A DNA stretch of 64,000 nt from Escherichia coli. GTDB lineage: Bacteria > Pseudomonadota > Gammaproteobacteria > Enterobacterales > Enterobacteriaceae. The translations under genes were made by a program, and so were the position numbers. Where the stretch lies: NCBI RefSeq assembly GCF_003334405.1, contig NZ_QOWM01000017.1. One strand, written 5' to 3'. This document shows, in pieces, positions 47,284-63,593 of the stretch (position 1 is its first letter; every line of letters starts with the position of its first letter). The notes under the pieces are model-generated. The model was given only the letters and a program-made list of their open reading frames with translations. It was not told where the DNA came from and did not search any database.

Positions 47284-48417
47284 CTACATCGGCAATGTTT
47301 TCAACAATCCAAATGCCTCTTTCATCCGATCCTCACTGACCACAAAGGCGCGAAGCTGGTCAGCATCGTCAACGCCGCGCGCCACCATTCCCTGGCGTTC
47401 GGTATTAATTTGCCAGCGTAAATCCTGACGCTGGGTTTCGCCTGCCAGATGCAGCGGTAATTCCGGCGTTTTGATTTTCACCAGCATCGCCGGGAGTTTC
47501 AGCGGCGTGTTATTGCCGAGAAGATTTTTTGCCAGCACCATCGCGCTAAGTTGAATCGGCTGGAGGAACGGCAATACCTGACCGTTAATTTCCGCGCAAT
47601 CGCCCAGCGCGTAAATATCGGTATTACTGGTTTGCAGATAACTATCGACGCAAACGCCGCGATTAATCGTCAGCCCGGCGCGTCGTGCCAGGGCGGTTTC
47701 CGGGCGCAGTCCGGTGGCGGCAATTACCGCATCCACTTCGATGCTACGCTGGCGGTCCAGCGTTGCCAGAATGCCAGAATCCGTTTTTTCCAGCCCCTGC
47801 AACTGAGATTTCAACAGCAGATGAACACCCATCTCCGTCAACCGATGCTGCAAGCGGCTGCTTACTTCCGGTGGCATTAACGACGCCAGAATACTGGCAG
47901 CGTTGTCGATTAGCGTGACCGCTTTGCCTGCACGACAAAAATCCATCGCCAGTTCGCTACCAATCAAACCACCGCCAACAATCAACACGCGTCGGGCATC
48001 CCGCAGTTGCGTTTCACAGGCGCGATACTCTTGCTGACTATTTAACGTCAGCATTAACTCACGCCCAGGCACAGGCGGGACAAAGGCGCTGGCACCGGTT
48101 GCCAGCACTAACTTGTCGTATTGCCACTGATTATTCTGGCTTTTCACCACATGGGCTTCGGCATCGATATCCGTCACCCAGGTGTGCGGAAACAGGCGCA
48201 GATTAAACTGCTCGGCAAATTCACCCGCCGTCTGGCGGGTAAGGTCGTCGGCACGTTGCCCCTGACTGATAACATGGCTGAGGTCAGGTTTGTTGTACTC
48301 ATCTATGCTGTCGGCGGCAATCAAGGTTAATGGAATAGTGGCGTCCTGTTTGCGAATATTTTTCACCAGTTGTCGGGCGGCGAAGCCCGAACCAATGATC
48401 ACAATGCCGTTGCTCAT
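47284..48417 (-). CDS. norW: NADH:flavorubredoxin oxidoreductase
   Basis: Track ORF 377 aa; FAD motif IIGSGFA; 4-bp overlap with norV. Confidence 0.95.
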   Translation of the reverse strand: MSNGIVIIGSGFAARQLVKNIRKQDATIPLTLIAADSIDEYNKPDLSHVISQGQRADDLTRQTAGEFAEQFNLRLFPHTWVTDIDAEAHVVKSQNNQWQYDKLVLATGASAFVPPVPGRELMLTLNSQQEYRACETQLRDARRVLIVGGGLIGSELAMDFCRAGKAVTLIDNAASILASLMPPEVSSRLQHRLTEMGVHLLLKSQLQGLEKTDSGILATLDRQRSIEVDAVIAATGLRPETALARRAGLTINRGVCVDSYLQTSNTDIYALGDCAEINGQVLPFLQPIQLSAMVLAKNLLGNNTPLKLPAMLVKIKTPELPLHLAGETQRQDLRWQINTERQGMVARGVDDADQLRAFVVSEDRMKEAFGLLKTLPM

Positions 48418-49853
48418 TTTGCCTCCGATGCCAGTTCGTCAAAGACGTCTTTGCCGAGGGAGCATTCCGGGCACAGGAAGTTATCCGGGACTTCACTCCA
48501 CGGCGTTCCTGGTGCAACGTCCTGCATTGGCTCGCCTTTTGCCGGATCGTAAATCCACCGGCAGACGCTGCACTGCATCCGTGGGCCGAGGTCAGCCGTC
48601 GTGGCGGCAGAGGTTTCTTCTTTAACTACCGTATTCACCGTGCTCTGCGGCAGCGGCGCGAGCGCCCACTGACGGGCGATTTCGCGACCGTGTTCACGGC
48701 ATAACTCCAGAGCGTCCTGGTCTGGTCGCCATTTGGCTTTCAGGCTGAGCGACATTTCGAAACCCGCATCCTGCAGGCGCGTGGAAAGACGATCCACCGC
48801 ACCGCCGCTCCAGCCGTGAGAGCCGAAAGCACTGGCGCGTTTGTTACGGAAGCGTAAACCAGTCATCTCCTCCACCAGCCCGGCGATTTTCGGCATCATC
48901 ACGTTATTCATCGTCGAAGTGCCGACCAGCACGCCTTTTGAGCGGAAGACATTGGTCAGGATTTCGTTTTTATCGCTTCGGGCGACGTTGAAAATTTTCA
49001 CCGCCACGCGTGGGTCGGTTTCCGCAATCCCCTGGGCGATAGCGTCAGCCATCATGCGGGTGTTATTCGACATGGTGTCGTAGAAAATGGTGATTCTGTC
49101 TTCCTGATAATCAGCCGCCCATTTCAGGTACAGCTCGACAATTTGCGTCGGGTTATCGCGCCAGACCACGCCGTGGGAGGTCGCTATCATATCGACTGGT
49201 AAGTTAAAGCCCAGGATCTCGGTAATTTTCGGCGTTACCAGGCGGCTGAACGGCGTCAGGATATTGGCGTAGTAACGCTGGCACTGCTCGAAAAGCTCCG
49301 TCTGATCCACTTCATCGTTGAACAGATGCTCGTCACAGTAGTGCTGACCGAAAGCATCGTTACTGAACAGCACCGCGTCGCCTGTCAGGTAAGTCATCAT
49401 GCTGTCCGGCCAGTGCAGCATTGGTGTTTCGACAAAAATGAGCTGTTTGCCGTTGCCGATATCCAGCGTGTCGCCAGTTTTCACCACATTAAAATTCCAC
49501 TCCGGATGATGGTGATGACCATTTATCGAGTCGATAGCGTTGGCAGTACAGTAGATCGGCGTATCGGGAATTTGTGCCATCAGTTCGGTCAGCGCCCCAG
49601 CGTGGTCCTCTTCTGCATGGTTAATCACGATGTAATCGATATCCGCCAGATCGATTTCATTACGCAGGTTCTGCACAAATTCGCGGCTGAATTTATGGTC
49701 GACGGTGTCGATCAGCACGTTTTTTTCTTCGCGGATGAGGTAGCTATTGTAGCTGCTGCCGCGCAGCGTTTTATATTCCGTGCCGTGAAAATCACGCACT
49801 TCCCAGTCACGTTGACCAACCCAATGAATGTTATTTTTCACCACAATAGACAT
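48414..49853 (-). CDS. norV: Anaerobic nitric oxide reductase flavorubredoxin
   Basis: Track ORF 479 aa; metallo-beta-lactamase + flavodoxin domains and C-terminal rubredoxin (CSVC...CPEC). Confidence 0.95.
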   Translation of the reverse strand: MSIVVKNNIHWVGQRDWEVRDFHGTEYKTLRGSSYNSYLIREEKNVLIDTVDHKFSREFVQNLRNEIDLADIDYIVINHAEEDHAGALTELMAQIPDTPIYCTANAIDSINGHHHHPEWNFNVVKTGDTLDIGNGKQLIFVETPMLHWPDSMMTYLTGDAVLFSNDAFGQHYCDEHLFNDEVDQTELFEQCQRYYANILTPFSRLVTPKITEILGFNLPVDMIATSHGVVWRDNPTQIVELYLKWAADYQEDRITIFYDTMSNNTRMMADAIAQGIAETDPRVAVKIFNVARSDKNEILTNVFRSKGVLVGTSTMNNVMMPKIAGLVEEMTGLRFRNKRASAFGSHGWSGGAVDRLSTRLQDAGFEMSLSLKAKWRPDQDALELCREHGREIARQWALAPLPQSTVNTVVKEETSAATTADLGPRMQCSVCRWIYDPAKGEPMQDVAPGTPWSEVPDNFLCPECSLGKDVFDELASEAK

Positions 49854-49898
49854 AGCAACCTCAATTTATTCAGCGTGTTCTAAAAAGATGTCTTGCTA

Positions 49899-49916
49899 AT
49901 TGCAGATTGCGTGCCA
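49899..49916 (-). promoter_or_regulatory. Candidate sigma54 promoter of norVW
   Basis: Minus-strand reading CTGGCACGCAATCTGCA (GG-N10-GC) ~45 bp upstream of the norV start. Confidence 0.6.
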
Positions 49917-49971
49917 GTTTTTTATCTGATTGTTTTTACTCTATAAATAAAATTATGCCCATTAATGAGTA

Positions 49972-50027
49972 GTCAAAATGACTATCAATCAAATGGTCGA
50001 TATGACAATATCTATAGTCAAATTGAC
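49972..50027. promoter_or_regulatory. Three NorR binding sites (GT-N7-AC) in the norR/norV divergent region
   Basis: GTCAAAATGAC (49972-49982), GTCGATATGAC (49996-50006), GTCAAATTGAC (50017-50027). Confidence 0.7.
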
Positions 50028-50039
50028 AGTGAGGCAAAG

Positions 50040-51554
50040 ATGAGTTTTTCCGTTGATGTGCTGGCGAATATCGCCATCGAATTGCAGCGTGGGATTGGTC
50101 ACCAGGATCGTTTTCAGCGCCTGATCACCACGCTACGTCAGGTGCTGGAGTGCGATGCGTCTGCGTTGCTACGTTACGATTCGCGGCAGTTTATTCCGCT
50201 TGCCATCGACGGTCTGGCAAAGGATGTACTCGGTAGACGCTTTGCGCTGGAAGGGCATCCACGGCTGGAAGCGATTGCCCGCGCCGGGGATGTGGTGCGC
50301 TTTCCCGCAGACAGCGAATTGCCCGATCCCTATGACGGTTTGATTCCTGGGCAGGAGAGTCTGAAGGTTCACGCCTGCGTTGGTCTGCCATTGTTTGCCG
50401 GGCAAAACCTGATCGGCGCACTGACGCTCGACGGGATGCAGCCCGATCAGTTCGATGTTTTCAGCGACGAAGAGCTACGGCTGATTGCTGCGCTGGCGGC
50501 GGGAGCGTTAAGCAATGCGTTGCTGATTGAACAACTGGAAAGCCAGAATATGCTGCCAGGCGATGCCACGCCGTTTGAAGCGGTGAAACAGACGCAGATG
50601 ATTGGCTTGTCCCCTGGCATGACGCAACTGAAAAAAGAGATTGAGATTGTGGCGGCGTCCGATCTCAACGTCCTGATCAGCGGTGAGACTGGAACCGGTA
50701 AGGAGCTGGTGGCGAAAGCGATTCATGAAGCCTCGCCACGGGCGGTGAATCCGCTGGTCTATCTCAACTGTGCTGCACTGCCGGAAAGTGTGGCGGAAAG
50801 TGAGTTGTTCGGGCATGTGAAAGGAGCGTTTACTGGCGCTATCAGTAATCGCAGCGGGAAGTTTGAAATGGCGGATAACGGCACGCTGTTTCTGGATGAG
50901 ATCGGCGAGTTGTCGTTGGCATTGCAGGCCAAGCTGCTGAGGGTGTTGCAGTATGGCGATATTCAGCGCGTTGGCGATGACCGTTGTTTGCGGGTCGATG
51001 TGCGCGTGCTGGCGGCGACTAACCGCGATTTACGCGAAGAGGTGCTGGCAGGGCGATTCCGCGCCGATTTGTTTCATCGCCTGAGCGTGTTTCCACTTTC
51101 GGTGCCGCCGCTGCGTGAGCGGGGCGATGATGTCATTCTGCTGGCGGGGTATTTCTGCGAGCAGTGTCGTTTGCGGCAGGGGCTCTCCCGCGTGGTATTA
51201 AGTGCCGGAGCGCGAAATTTACTGCAACACTACAGTTTTCCGGGAAACGTGCGCGAACTGGAACATGCTATTCATCGGGCGGTAGTTCTGGCGAGAGCCA
51301 CCCGCAGCGGCGATGAAGTGATTCTTGAGGCGCAACATTTTGCTTTTCCTGAGGTGACGTTGCCGACGCCAGAAGTGGCGGCGGTGCCCGTTGTTAAGCA
51401 AAACCTGCGTGAAGCGACAGAAGCGTTCCAGCGTGAAACTATTCGTCAGGCACTGGCACAAAATCATCACAACTGGGCTGCCTGCGCGCGGATGCTGGAA
51501 ACCGACGTCGCCAACCTGCATCGGCTGGCGAAACGTCTGGGATTGAAGGATTAA
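50040..51554 (+). CDS. norR: NO-sensing sigma54-dependent activator NorR
   Basis: Track ORF 49965..51554; start moved to [12 protein letters not shown] (504 aa); GAF domain, AAA+ GETGTGKE / GAFTGA, C-terminal HTH. Confidence 0.95.
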   Translation: MSFSVDVLANIAIELQRGIGHQDRFQRLITTLRQVLECDASALLRYDSRQFIPLAIDGLAKDVLGRRFALEGHPRLEAIARAGDVVRFPADSELPDPYDGLIPGQESLKVHACVGLPLFAGQNLIGALTLDGMQPDQFDVFSDEELRLIAALAAGALSNALLIEQLESQNMLPGDATPFEAVKQTQMIGLSPGMTQLKKEIEIVAASDLNVLISGETGTGKELVAKAIHEASPRAVNPLVYLNCAALPESVAESELFGHVKGAFTGAISNRSGKFEMADNGTLFLDEIGELSLALQAKLLRVLQYGDIQRVGDDRCLRVDVRVLAATNRDLREEVLAGRFRADLFHRLSVFPLSVPPLRERGDDVILLAGYFCEQCRLRQGLSRVVLSAGARNLLQHYSFPGNVRELEHAIHRAVVLARATRSGDEVILEAQHFAFPEVTLPTPEVAAVPVVKQNLREATEAFQRETIRQALAQNHHNWAACARMLETDVANLHRLAKRLGLKD

Positions 51555-52516
51555 ATAATCCCGGCCTGATAGAAATCCTGCAGGTTTATTGCGCCGGTGA
51601 GTTTGCCGTTTTCATCCACCACCGGTGCGGCAGTGATTTTGCGCTTCATCAGGATCTCTTTGGCGTCGATGGCGCGACTTTGCGATTGCAACGTGGTGCC
51701 GCCGACCGTCATCGCTTCATTGACTGGCGTGGTGAGTGCGCCGCCGCCAACCAGCCAGCGACGTAAATCGCCGTCGGTAAAGACGCCTTGTACCTGTTGT
51801 TGAGCGTCACATACCGCCACCAGCCCCAGACCGGTGCGGCTGAGTTCCAGCATCGCATCCATCACGCTGGCGGTTAACGCCACCTGTGGGATGGCATCGT
51901 CACGGCGCATCAGATGATGCACTTTATTCAGCAAGCGAGCGCCCAGTGCCCCGGCTGGGTGGGAGCGGGCAAAATCTTCTTCATTAAATCCGCGCGCCTG
52001 CATGACCGCCATCGCCAGCGCGTCACCCATCATCAGGGTATTGACGGTGCTGGAGGTCGGCGCAAGGTGCATCGGGCAGGCTTCGCGTTCTACGGAGATA
52101 TCCAGCACCGCTTTTGCCGCCAGGCCCAGCGGTGACGTCGGTTTGCCGGTCATCGCCAGCAGCGCGATAGATTTATCTTCCAGACGCGGAATAATCAGAT
52201 CCAGTTCCTTCGCGCCACCGGAGTAAGAGATAAACAGCATCACATCGCGGCTTTCGATCATCCCCAGATCGCCGTGCAGCGCTTCTGCCGGATGGACAAA
52301 AAAAGCCGGAGTGCCGGTACTGGCAAGCGTTGCGGCGATTTTCTTACCAATGTGGCCCGATTTGCCAATTCCCGAAACCACCACTTTGCCTTCACAGTGC
52401 AGGATGATATTGGCGGCGCGAACAAAATCATCGCCCAGACGTTCCGGTAAACGGCTTGCTTCCTGCAACTCCAGCATTAACGTCTGACGTCCCGCGTTCA
52501 GTAGTGCTTCACTCAT
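51551..52516 (-). CDS. gutQ: D-arabinose 5-phosphate isomerase (SIS + CBS domains)
   Basis: Track ORF 321 aa; last gene of the gut/srl operon. Confidence 0.95.
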
Positions 52517-53282
52517 TGCTCTCTCCGGTTATGATCACATCGATCCCTTTCTCTTCCAGCGCCTGACGAAACGCCGGATCGATACCTGCGTCGGTAATCA
52601 GCTTATCGACGCTTTCAAGACTGCAAACTACGTTGGGGCTTTTACGGCCAAACTTTGATGAGTCCGCCATCAAAATCACTTCGCGCGCGGCATTGCACAT
52701 TGCCTTACTGACGGTATAAACCTCGTTAAAGGTGGTTACGCCCGCATTGAGATCGATGCCGTCGGTGCCCATAAACAATTTATCGAAGGTGAAATGCTCG
52801 AAGGCATTCTCTGCCAGTTGCCCGTGAAATGAGGCCGATTTTTTGCGAAACGTTCCGCCTGGCATCAGGATAGTTTGTTCGTTATCCAGTTCGGATAGCG
52901 CATTGACGATATGCAGGCTGTTGGTCATCACCGTGATGTTATTAAAGCGCGAGAGCAGGGGAACCATCTGCAAAACGGTACTGCCAGCATCAAGAATGAT
53001 CGAATCGCCATCATGGATAAAACTAACGGCAGCTTCTGCAATCAGCTCTTTCTTGTGGGTGTTGATGAGTGTTTTATGATCGATAGGCGGATCGGATTCC
53101 TCTTTATTCAACACCACTCCGCCATAAGTACGAATGACGGTTCCGGCATGTTCCAGAATGACCAGATCTTTGCGAATGGTTGTGCCTGTGGTGTCAAAGT
53201 ATTGCGCCAATTCTTCAACCGAGCATTTACCCTGCTTTTGCAGATACTCCAGAATGGCGGCCTGACGCTGACGAGGTTTCAT
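52509..53282 (-). CDS. srlR: DeoR-family glucitol operon repressor
   Basis: Track ORF 257 aa; N-terminal HTH. Confidence 0.95.
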
Positions 53283-53348
53283 GGGCGTGATTACCTGATT
53301 TAGGTTTCAAAATGATAACTTCGCAAGCAAGTAACATTCACAACGAAA

Positions 53349-53708
53349 TTATCCACGTTTCAGTTTAAGCGCCAATGATAGAGCATTCTGTGATAGTGGA
53401 TCATGGGGAAAGATCACATCGGGCTGTAAATCACCCGCATGCATACCGGTAATTGCGGGAATTTTTTGCGGTCGGGCGAAGACGGTCAGTCCTTTCATAA
53501 ACAAGGTGTCGACGATGCGCTGCTGATCGTCCAGCGCGATGGCGACCACGACCCGCGGTTTAAAGCGCCCGCTGGAACGGCCCACGCCAACCCGCCCTTG
53601 CTGGCATAGTGTGTCGAAGGCACGGTTAAAACGAGAAATTTGCCAGCCGCCTAAGGCCAGTTGCGCACACCAGGCGATAACGGCGACGGTGATGAGTGCG
53701 GATACCAT
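53349..53708 (-). CDS. gutM: Glucitol operon activator GutM
   Basis: Track ORF 119 aa; conserved position between srlD and srlR. Confidence 0.9.
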   Translation of the reverse strand: MVSALITVAVIAWCAQLALGGWQISRFNRAFDTLCQQGRVGVGRSSGRFKPRVVVAIALDDQQRIVDTLFMKGLTVFARPQKIPAITGMHAGDLQPDVIFPHDPLSQNALSLALKLKRG

Positions 53709-53812
53709 AACTTTTCCTTAATGTAGTGGCGGAAGTCCTGTATGCCTGATGAGCGTAGCGCATCAGGCATTCTATAGTCTCACGGAGATCCTTAATGGAT
53801 CTCCGCTGTTGA

Positions 53813-54967
<1,155 letters not shown>

Positions 54968-54977
54968 GTTTCAGCCT

Positions 54978-56515
<1,538 letters not shown>

Positions 56516-56752
56516 TTATTGTTTTATTACCAAACGGCAACCTAATCTAATCAGATTGAAAGATTTAAAAGTGTTATTTTGATCGCAAAATGAAAGATAA
56601 ATATTTTAATTTGAAAGTTTGAATAAAAGGATAGCGAGGGGAATGAGTTGAGTTATGTAAAGTCCGTATCGGGCAGTGACTACCGCTTCCTTGTGCGGGG
56701 CGTGATGCTTTACCATACTTGCCCCTGGTTGAATCTGTTAAATGGACCCCTC

Positions 56753-57838
56753 ATGTTCAAGCGTCGTTATGTAACATTGCTTCCCCTTTTTGTGTTGCTT
56801 GCCGCCTGTAGCAGCAAGCCAAAACCTACTGAGACTGATACGACCACCGGAACGCCGTCTGGCGGCTTCCTGCTTGAGCCGCAGCACAATGTGATGCAGA
56901 TGGGCGGCGATTTCGCTAATAACCCGAATGCCCAGCAGTTCATCGACAAAATGGTGAACAAACACGGTTTCGATCGTCAGCAGTTGCAGGAAATTCTCTC
57001 CCAGGCGAAGCGTCTGGATTCGGTACTGCGGCTGATGGATAACCAGGCACCAACCACATCGGTGAAACCGCCATCAGGTCCGAACGGCGCATGGCTCCGT
57101 TATCGCAAAAAATTTATTACGCCGGACAACGTGCAGAACGGTGTGGTTTTCTGGAATCAGTATGAAGATGCGTTGAATCGCGCGTGGCAGGTGTATGGAG
57201 TACCGCCGGAAATTATCGTCGGGATTATCGGCGTTGAAACCCGCTGGGGGCGCGTGATGGGGAAAACTCGCATCCTCGATGCGCTGGCAACGCTGTCATT
57301 TAACTACCCACGCCGCGCGGAGTATTTCTCTGGCGAGCTGGAAACCTTCCTGTTGATGGCGCGCGACGAGCAGGACGATCCGCTCAATCTGAAAGGTTCC
57401 TTTGCCGGGGCGATGGGCTACGGACAGTTTATGCCGTCGTCTTACAAACAATATGCGGTAGATTTCAGCGGCGACGGGCATATCAACCTGTGGGATCCGG
57501 TTGATGCGATCGGTAGCGTGGCGAACTATTTCAAAGCGCACGGCTGGGTGAAAGGCGATCAGGTCGCGGTAATGGCAAACGGTCAGGCTCCAGGCTTGCC
57601 AAATGGCTTCAAAACTAAGTACAGCATTTCGCAGCTTGCCGCCGCAGGTTTAACGCCACAGCAGCCGCTGGGCAACCATCAACAAGCCAGCCTGCTGCGT
57701 CTGGATGTTGGCACCGGCTACCAGTACTGGTACGGTCTGCCGAACTTCTACACCATCACCCGTTACAACCACAGCACCCATTACGCAATGGCGGTCTGGC
57801 AGTTAGGACAAGCCGTGGCGCTGGCGCGAGTACAGTAG
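56753..57838 (+). CDS. mltB: Membrane-bound lytic murein transglycosylase B (lipoprotein)
   Basis: Track ORF 56648..57838; start moved to MFKRRYVTLLPLFVLLAACSS (lipobox; 361 aa). Confidence 0.9.
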   Translation: MFKRRYVTLLPLFVLLAACSSKPKPTETDTTTGTPSGGFLLEPQHNVMQMGGDFANNPNAQQFIDKMVNKHGFDRQQLQEILSQAKRLDSVLRLMDNQAPTTSVKPPSGPNGAWLRYRKKFITPDNVQNGVVFWNQYEDALNRAWQVYGVPPEIIVGIIGVETRWGRVMGKTRILDALATLSFNYPRRAEYFSGELETFLLMARDEQDDPLNLKGSFAGAMGYGQFMPSSYKQYAVDFSGDGHINLWDPVDAIGSVANYFKAHGWVKGDQVAVMANGQAPGLPNGFKTKYSISQLAAAGLTPQQPLGNHQQASLLRLDVGTGYQYWYGLPNFYTITRYNHSTHYAMAVWQLGQAVALARVQ

Positions 57839-57982
57839 CTATTTACAAGAGGGGGGCGTGAGCTTCCCTCTGGCTAATCAGCTTTTTTCTGAATCCTCCT
57901 CGTAAAATTGCAACGCCAACACCATCTTCCTGACGAAAGTGCTATCTTGTCCGGCATAAATTTTTGACTGACAGAGGTTGTG

Positions 57983-58480
57983 ATGACTGACAGTGAACTG
58001 ATGCAGTTAAGTGAACAGGTTGGGCAGGCGCTGAAAGCCCGTGGCGCAACCGTAACAACTGCCGAGTCTTGTACCGGTGGTTGGGTAGCGAAAGTGATTA
58101 CCGATATTGCCGGTAGCTCCGCCTGGTTTGAACGCGGATTTGTCACCTACAGTAACGAAGCCAAAGCGCAGATGATCGGCGTACGCGAAGAGACGCTGGC
58201 GCAGCATGGCGCGGTGAGTGAACCCGTCGTGGTGGAAATGGCGATAGGCGCACTGAAAGCGGCTCGTGCTGATTATGCCGTGTCTATTAGTGGTATCGCC
58301 GGGCCGGATGGCGGCAGTGAAGAGAAGCCTGTCGGCACCGTCTGGTTTGCTTTTGCCACTGCCCGCGGTGAAGGCATTACCCGGCGGGAATGCTTCAGCG
58401 GCGACCGTGATGCGGTGCGTCGTCAGGCTACTGCGTATGCATTGCAGACCTTGTGGCAACAATTTCTACAAAACACTTGA
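57983..58480 (+). CDS. pncC: NMN amidohydrolase PncC (CinA-like, competence-damage protein homolog)
   Basis: Track ORF 57980..58480; ATG at 57983 gives MTDSELMQLSEQVG (165 aa); directly upstream of recA. Confidence 0.9.
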   Translation: MTDSELMQLSEQVGQALKARGATVTTAESCTGGWVAKVITDIAGSSAWFERGFVTYSNEAKAQMIGVREETLAQHGAVSEPVVVEMAIGALKAARADYAVSISGIAGPDGGSEEKPVGTVWFAFATARGEGITRRECFSGDRDAVRRQATAYALQTLWQQFLQNT

Positions 58481-59621
<1,141 letters not shown>

Positions 59622-59640
59622 TCGTCTTGTTTGATACACA

Positions 59641-59672
59641 AGGGTCGCATCTGCGGCCCTTTTGCTTTTTTA
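59641..59672 (+). terminator. recA intrinsic terminator (leaky; recX lies downstream)
   Basis: GGGTCGC-ATCT-GCGGCCC hairpin followed by TTTTGCTTTTTT. Confidence 0.6.
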
Positions 59673-59689
59673 AGTTGTAAGGATATGCC

Positions 59690-60190
59690 ATGACAGAATC
59701 AACATCCCGTCGCCCGGCATATGCTCGCCTGTTGGATCGTGCGGTACGCATTCTGGCGGTGCGCGATCACAGTGAGCAAGAACTGCGACGTAAACTCGCG
59801 GCACCGATTATGGGCAAAAATGGCCCAGAAGAGATTGATGCTACGGCAGAAGATTACGAGCGCGTTATTGCCTGGTGCCATGAACATGGCTATCTCGATG
59901 ACAGCCGATTTGTTGCGCGCTTTATCGCCAGCCGTAGCCGCAAAGGTTATGGACCTGCGCGTATTCGCCAGGAACTGAATCAGAAAGGTATTTCCCGCGA
60001 AGCGACAGAAAAAGCGATGCGTGAATGTGACATCGACTGGTGCGCACTGGCGCGCGATCAGGCGACGCGAAAATATGGCGAACCTTTGCCAACTGTCTTT
60101 TCAGAAAAAGTTAAGATCCAGCGTTTTCTGCTCTATCGTGGCTATCTGATGGAAGATATCCAGGAGATTTGGCGAAATTTTGCCGACTGA
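59690..60190 (+). CDS. recX: RecA regulator RecX
   Basis: Track ORF 166 aa; immediately downstream of recA. Confidence 0.95.
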   Translation: MTESTSRRPAYARLLDRAVRILAVRDHSEQELRRKLAAPIMGKNGPEEIDATAEDYERVIAWCHEHGYLDDSRFVARFIASRSRKGYGPARIRQELNQKGISREATEKAMRECDIDWCALARDQATRKYGEPLPTVFSEKVKIQRFLLYRGYLMEDIQEIWRNFAD

Positions 60191-60317
60191 ACGCATACGG
60201 TATTTTACTTCCCAGTCAAGAAAACTTATCTTATTCCCACTTTTCAGTTACCAGCCCGGCGGTTAAGACACGCTGGAGCTGGTGGCGATATTTCGTTAGC
60301 TTGATTTCAGGATAATT

Positions 60318-62948
60318 ATGAGCAAGAGCACCGCTGAGATCCGTCAGGCGTTTCTCGACTTTTTCCATAGTAAGGGACATCAGGTAGTTGCCAGCAGCTC
60401 CCTGGTACCCCATAACGACCCAACTTTGTTGTTTACCAACGCCGGGATGAACCAGTTCAAGGATGTGTTCCTTGGGCTCGACAAGCGTAATTATTCCCGC
60501 GCTACCACTTCCCAACGCTGCGTGCGTGCGGGTGGTAAACACAACGACCTGGAAAACGTCGGTTACACCGCGCGTCACCATACCTTCTTCGAAATGCTGG
60601 GCAACTTCAGCTTCGGCGACTATTTCAAACACGATGCCATTCAGTTTGCATGGGAACTGCTGACCAGCGAAAAATGGTTTGCCCTGCCGAAAGAGCGTCT
60701 GTGGGTTACCGTCTATGAAAGCGACGACGAAGCCTACGAAATCTGGGAAAAAGAAGTAGGGATCCCGCGCGAACGTATTATTCGCATCGGCGATAACAAA
60801 GGTGCGCCATACGCATCTGACAACTTCTGGCAGATGGGTGACACTGGTCCGTGCGGCCCGTGCACCGAAATCTTCTACGATCACGGCGACCACATTTGGG
60901 GGGGCCCTCCGGGAAGCCCGGAAGAAGACGGCGACCGCTACATTGAGATCTGGAACATCGTCTTCATGCAGTTCAACCGCCAGGCCGATGGCACGATGGA
61001 ACCGCTGCCGAAGCCGTCTGTAGATACCGGTATGGGTCTGGAGCGTATTGCTGCGGTGCTGCAACACGTTAACTCTAACTATGACATCGACCTGTTCCGC
61101 ACGCTGATCCAGGCGGTAGCGAAAGTCACTGGCGCAACCGATCTGAGCAATAAATCGCTGCGCGTAATCGCTGACCACATTCGTTCTTGTGCGTTCCTGA
61201 TCGCGGATGGCGTAATGCCGTCCAATGAAAACCGTGGTTATGTACTGCGTCGTATCATTCGTCGCGCAGTGCGTCACGGTAATATGCTCGGCGCGAAAGA
61301 AACCTTCTTCTACAAACTGGTTGGTCCGCTGATCGACGTTATGGGCTCTGCGGGTGAAGACCTGAAACGCCAGCAGGCGCAGGTTGAGCAGGTGCTGAAG
61401 ACTGAAGAAGAGCAGTTTGCTCGTACTCTGGAGCGCGGTCTGGCGTTGCTGGATGAAGAGCTGGCAAAACTTTCTGGTGATACGCTGGATGGTGAAACTG
61501 CTTTCCGTCTGTACGACACCTATGGCTTCCCGGTTGACCTGACGGCTGATGTTTGTCGTGAGCGCAACATCAAAGTTGACGAAGCTGGTTTTGAAGCTGC
61601 AATGGAAGAGCAGCGTCGTCGCGCGCGCGAAGCCAGCGGCTTTGGTGCCGATTACAACGCAATGATCCGTGTTGACAGTGCATCTGAATTTAAAGGCTAT
61701 GACCATCTGGAACTGAACGGCAAAGTGACTGCGCTGTTTGTTGATGGTAAAGCGGTTGATGCCATCAATGCAGGCCAGGAAGCTGTGGTCGTGCTGGATC
61801 AAACGCCATTCTATGCGGAATCCGGCGGTCAGGTTGGCGATAAAGGCGAACTGAAAGGCGCTAACTTCTCCTTTGCGGTGGAAGATACGCAGAAATACGG
61901 CCAGGCGATTGGTCACATCGGTAAACTTGCTGCGGGTTCTCTGAAAGTGGGCGACGCGGTGCAGGCTGATGTTGATGAGGCTCGTCGCGCCCGTATTCGT
62001 CTGAATCACTCCGCAACGCACCTGATGCACGCTGCGCTGCGCCAGGTTCTGGGTACTCATGTATCGCAGAAAGGTTCACTGGTTAACGACAAGGTGCTGC
62101 GCTTCGACTTCTCACACAACGAAGCGATGAAACCAGAAGAGATTCGTGCGGTCGAAGACCTGGTGAACACACAGATTCGTCGCAATTTGCCGATCGAAAC
62201 CAACATCATGGATCTCGAAGCGGCGAAAGCGAAAGGTGCGATGGCGCTGTTCGGCGAGAAGTATGATGAGCGCGTACGCGTGCTGAGCATGGGCGATTTC
62301 TCTACCGAGTTGTGTGGCGGTACTCACGCCAGCCGCACTGGTGATATTGGTCTGTTCCGCATCATCTCTGAATCGGGTACTGCTGCAGGCGTTCGTCGTA
62401 TCGAAGCGGTAACCGGAGAAGGTGCTATCGCCACCGTTCATGCAGACAGCGATCGCTTAAGCGAAGTCGCGCATCTGCTGAAAGGCGATAGCAATAATCT
62501 GGCTGATAAAGTGCGCTCAGTACTGGAACGTACGCGTCAGCTGGAAAAAGAGTTACAACAGCTTAAAGAACAAGCTGCCGCACAGGAGAGCGCAAATCTT
62601 TCCAGTAAGGCAATTGATGTTAATGGTGTTAAGCTGTTGGTTAGCGAGCTTAGCGGTGTTGAGCCGAAAATGTTGCGTACCATGGTTGACGATTTAAAAA
62701 ATCAGCTGGGGTCGACAATTATCGTGCTGGCAACGGTAGTCGAAGGTAAGGTTTCTCTGATTGCAGGCGTATCTAAGGACGTCACAGATCGTGTGAAAGC
62801 AGGGGAACTGATTGGTATGGTCGCTCAGCAGGTGGGCGGCAAGGGTGGTGGACGTCCTGACATGGCGCAAGCCGGTGGTACGGATGCTGCGGCCTTACCT
62901 GCAGCGTTAGCCAGTGTGAAAGGCTGGGTCAGCGCGAAATTGCAATAA
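60318..62948 (+). CDS. alaS: Alanine--tRNA ligase
   Basis: Track ORF 876 aa; class II aaRS core, editing-domain HxxxH...CGGTH motifs. Confidence 0.98.
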
Positions 62949-63182
62949 TATAAGCGTCAGGCAATGCCGTGGACTCGCTTCACGGCATTCGCATTAACGC
63001 TATCGACAACGATAAAGTCAGGTTGAAGTTGTGTATATCGGCTAAACTTAGGTTTAACAGAATGTAATGCCATGACTGCTTAGATGTAATGTGTTTGTCA
63101 TTGCTTACTTTTTGGCGTTATATGATGGATAATGCCGGGATACAGAGAGACCCGACTCTTTTAATCTTTCAAGGAGCAAAGA

Positions 63183-63368
63183 ATGCTGATTCTGACTCGT
63201 CGAGTTGGTGAGACCCTCATGATTGGGGATGAGGTCACCGTGACAGTTTTAGGGGTAAAGGGCAACCAGGTACGTATTGGCGTAAATGCCCCGAAGGAAG
63301 TTTCTGTTCACCGTGAAGAGATCTACCAGCGTATCCAGGCTGAAAAATCCCAGCAGTCCAGTTACTAA
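63183..63368 (+). CDS. csrA: Carbon storage regulator CsrA (61 aa)
   Basis: Track [60 protein letters not shown] upstream. Confidence 0.98.
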
Positions 63369-63593
63369 TCTTTCCGCGTCTCATCTTTATCGGTGAGACG
63401 CACCCTCAAAATTTCTCCTTCACTCTATAGTCTTTTCGCTTTACTCCCGTTCATTCAACTTAAGTCTCCATTTTTTTGCATTACTACTATCTGTCAGACC
63501 TCCATTCTTCTGTTGATAAAACACTCTTTTTGACGTTTTTACAGACTAATTGAACGTGAAGTGTGCAAACGATAAAAGTGTAGGAAAAATTGT

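Noticed and set aside
60231-62060. 609-aa ORF on the minus strand
   Set aside because: Lies entirely antisense to alaS, whose plus-strand ORF gives a full-length, motif-bearing alanyl-tRNA synthetase. The antisense ORF is low-complexity and stop-free by chance; no RBS or homolog recognised.
63375-63401. Hairpin GCGTCTCA-(loop)-TGAGACGC after csrA as an intrinsic terminator
   Set aside because: No U-tract follows the stem (ACCCTCAAAA), so it is not a canonical rho-independent terminator; left unannotated.
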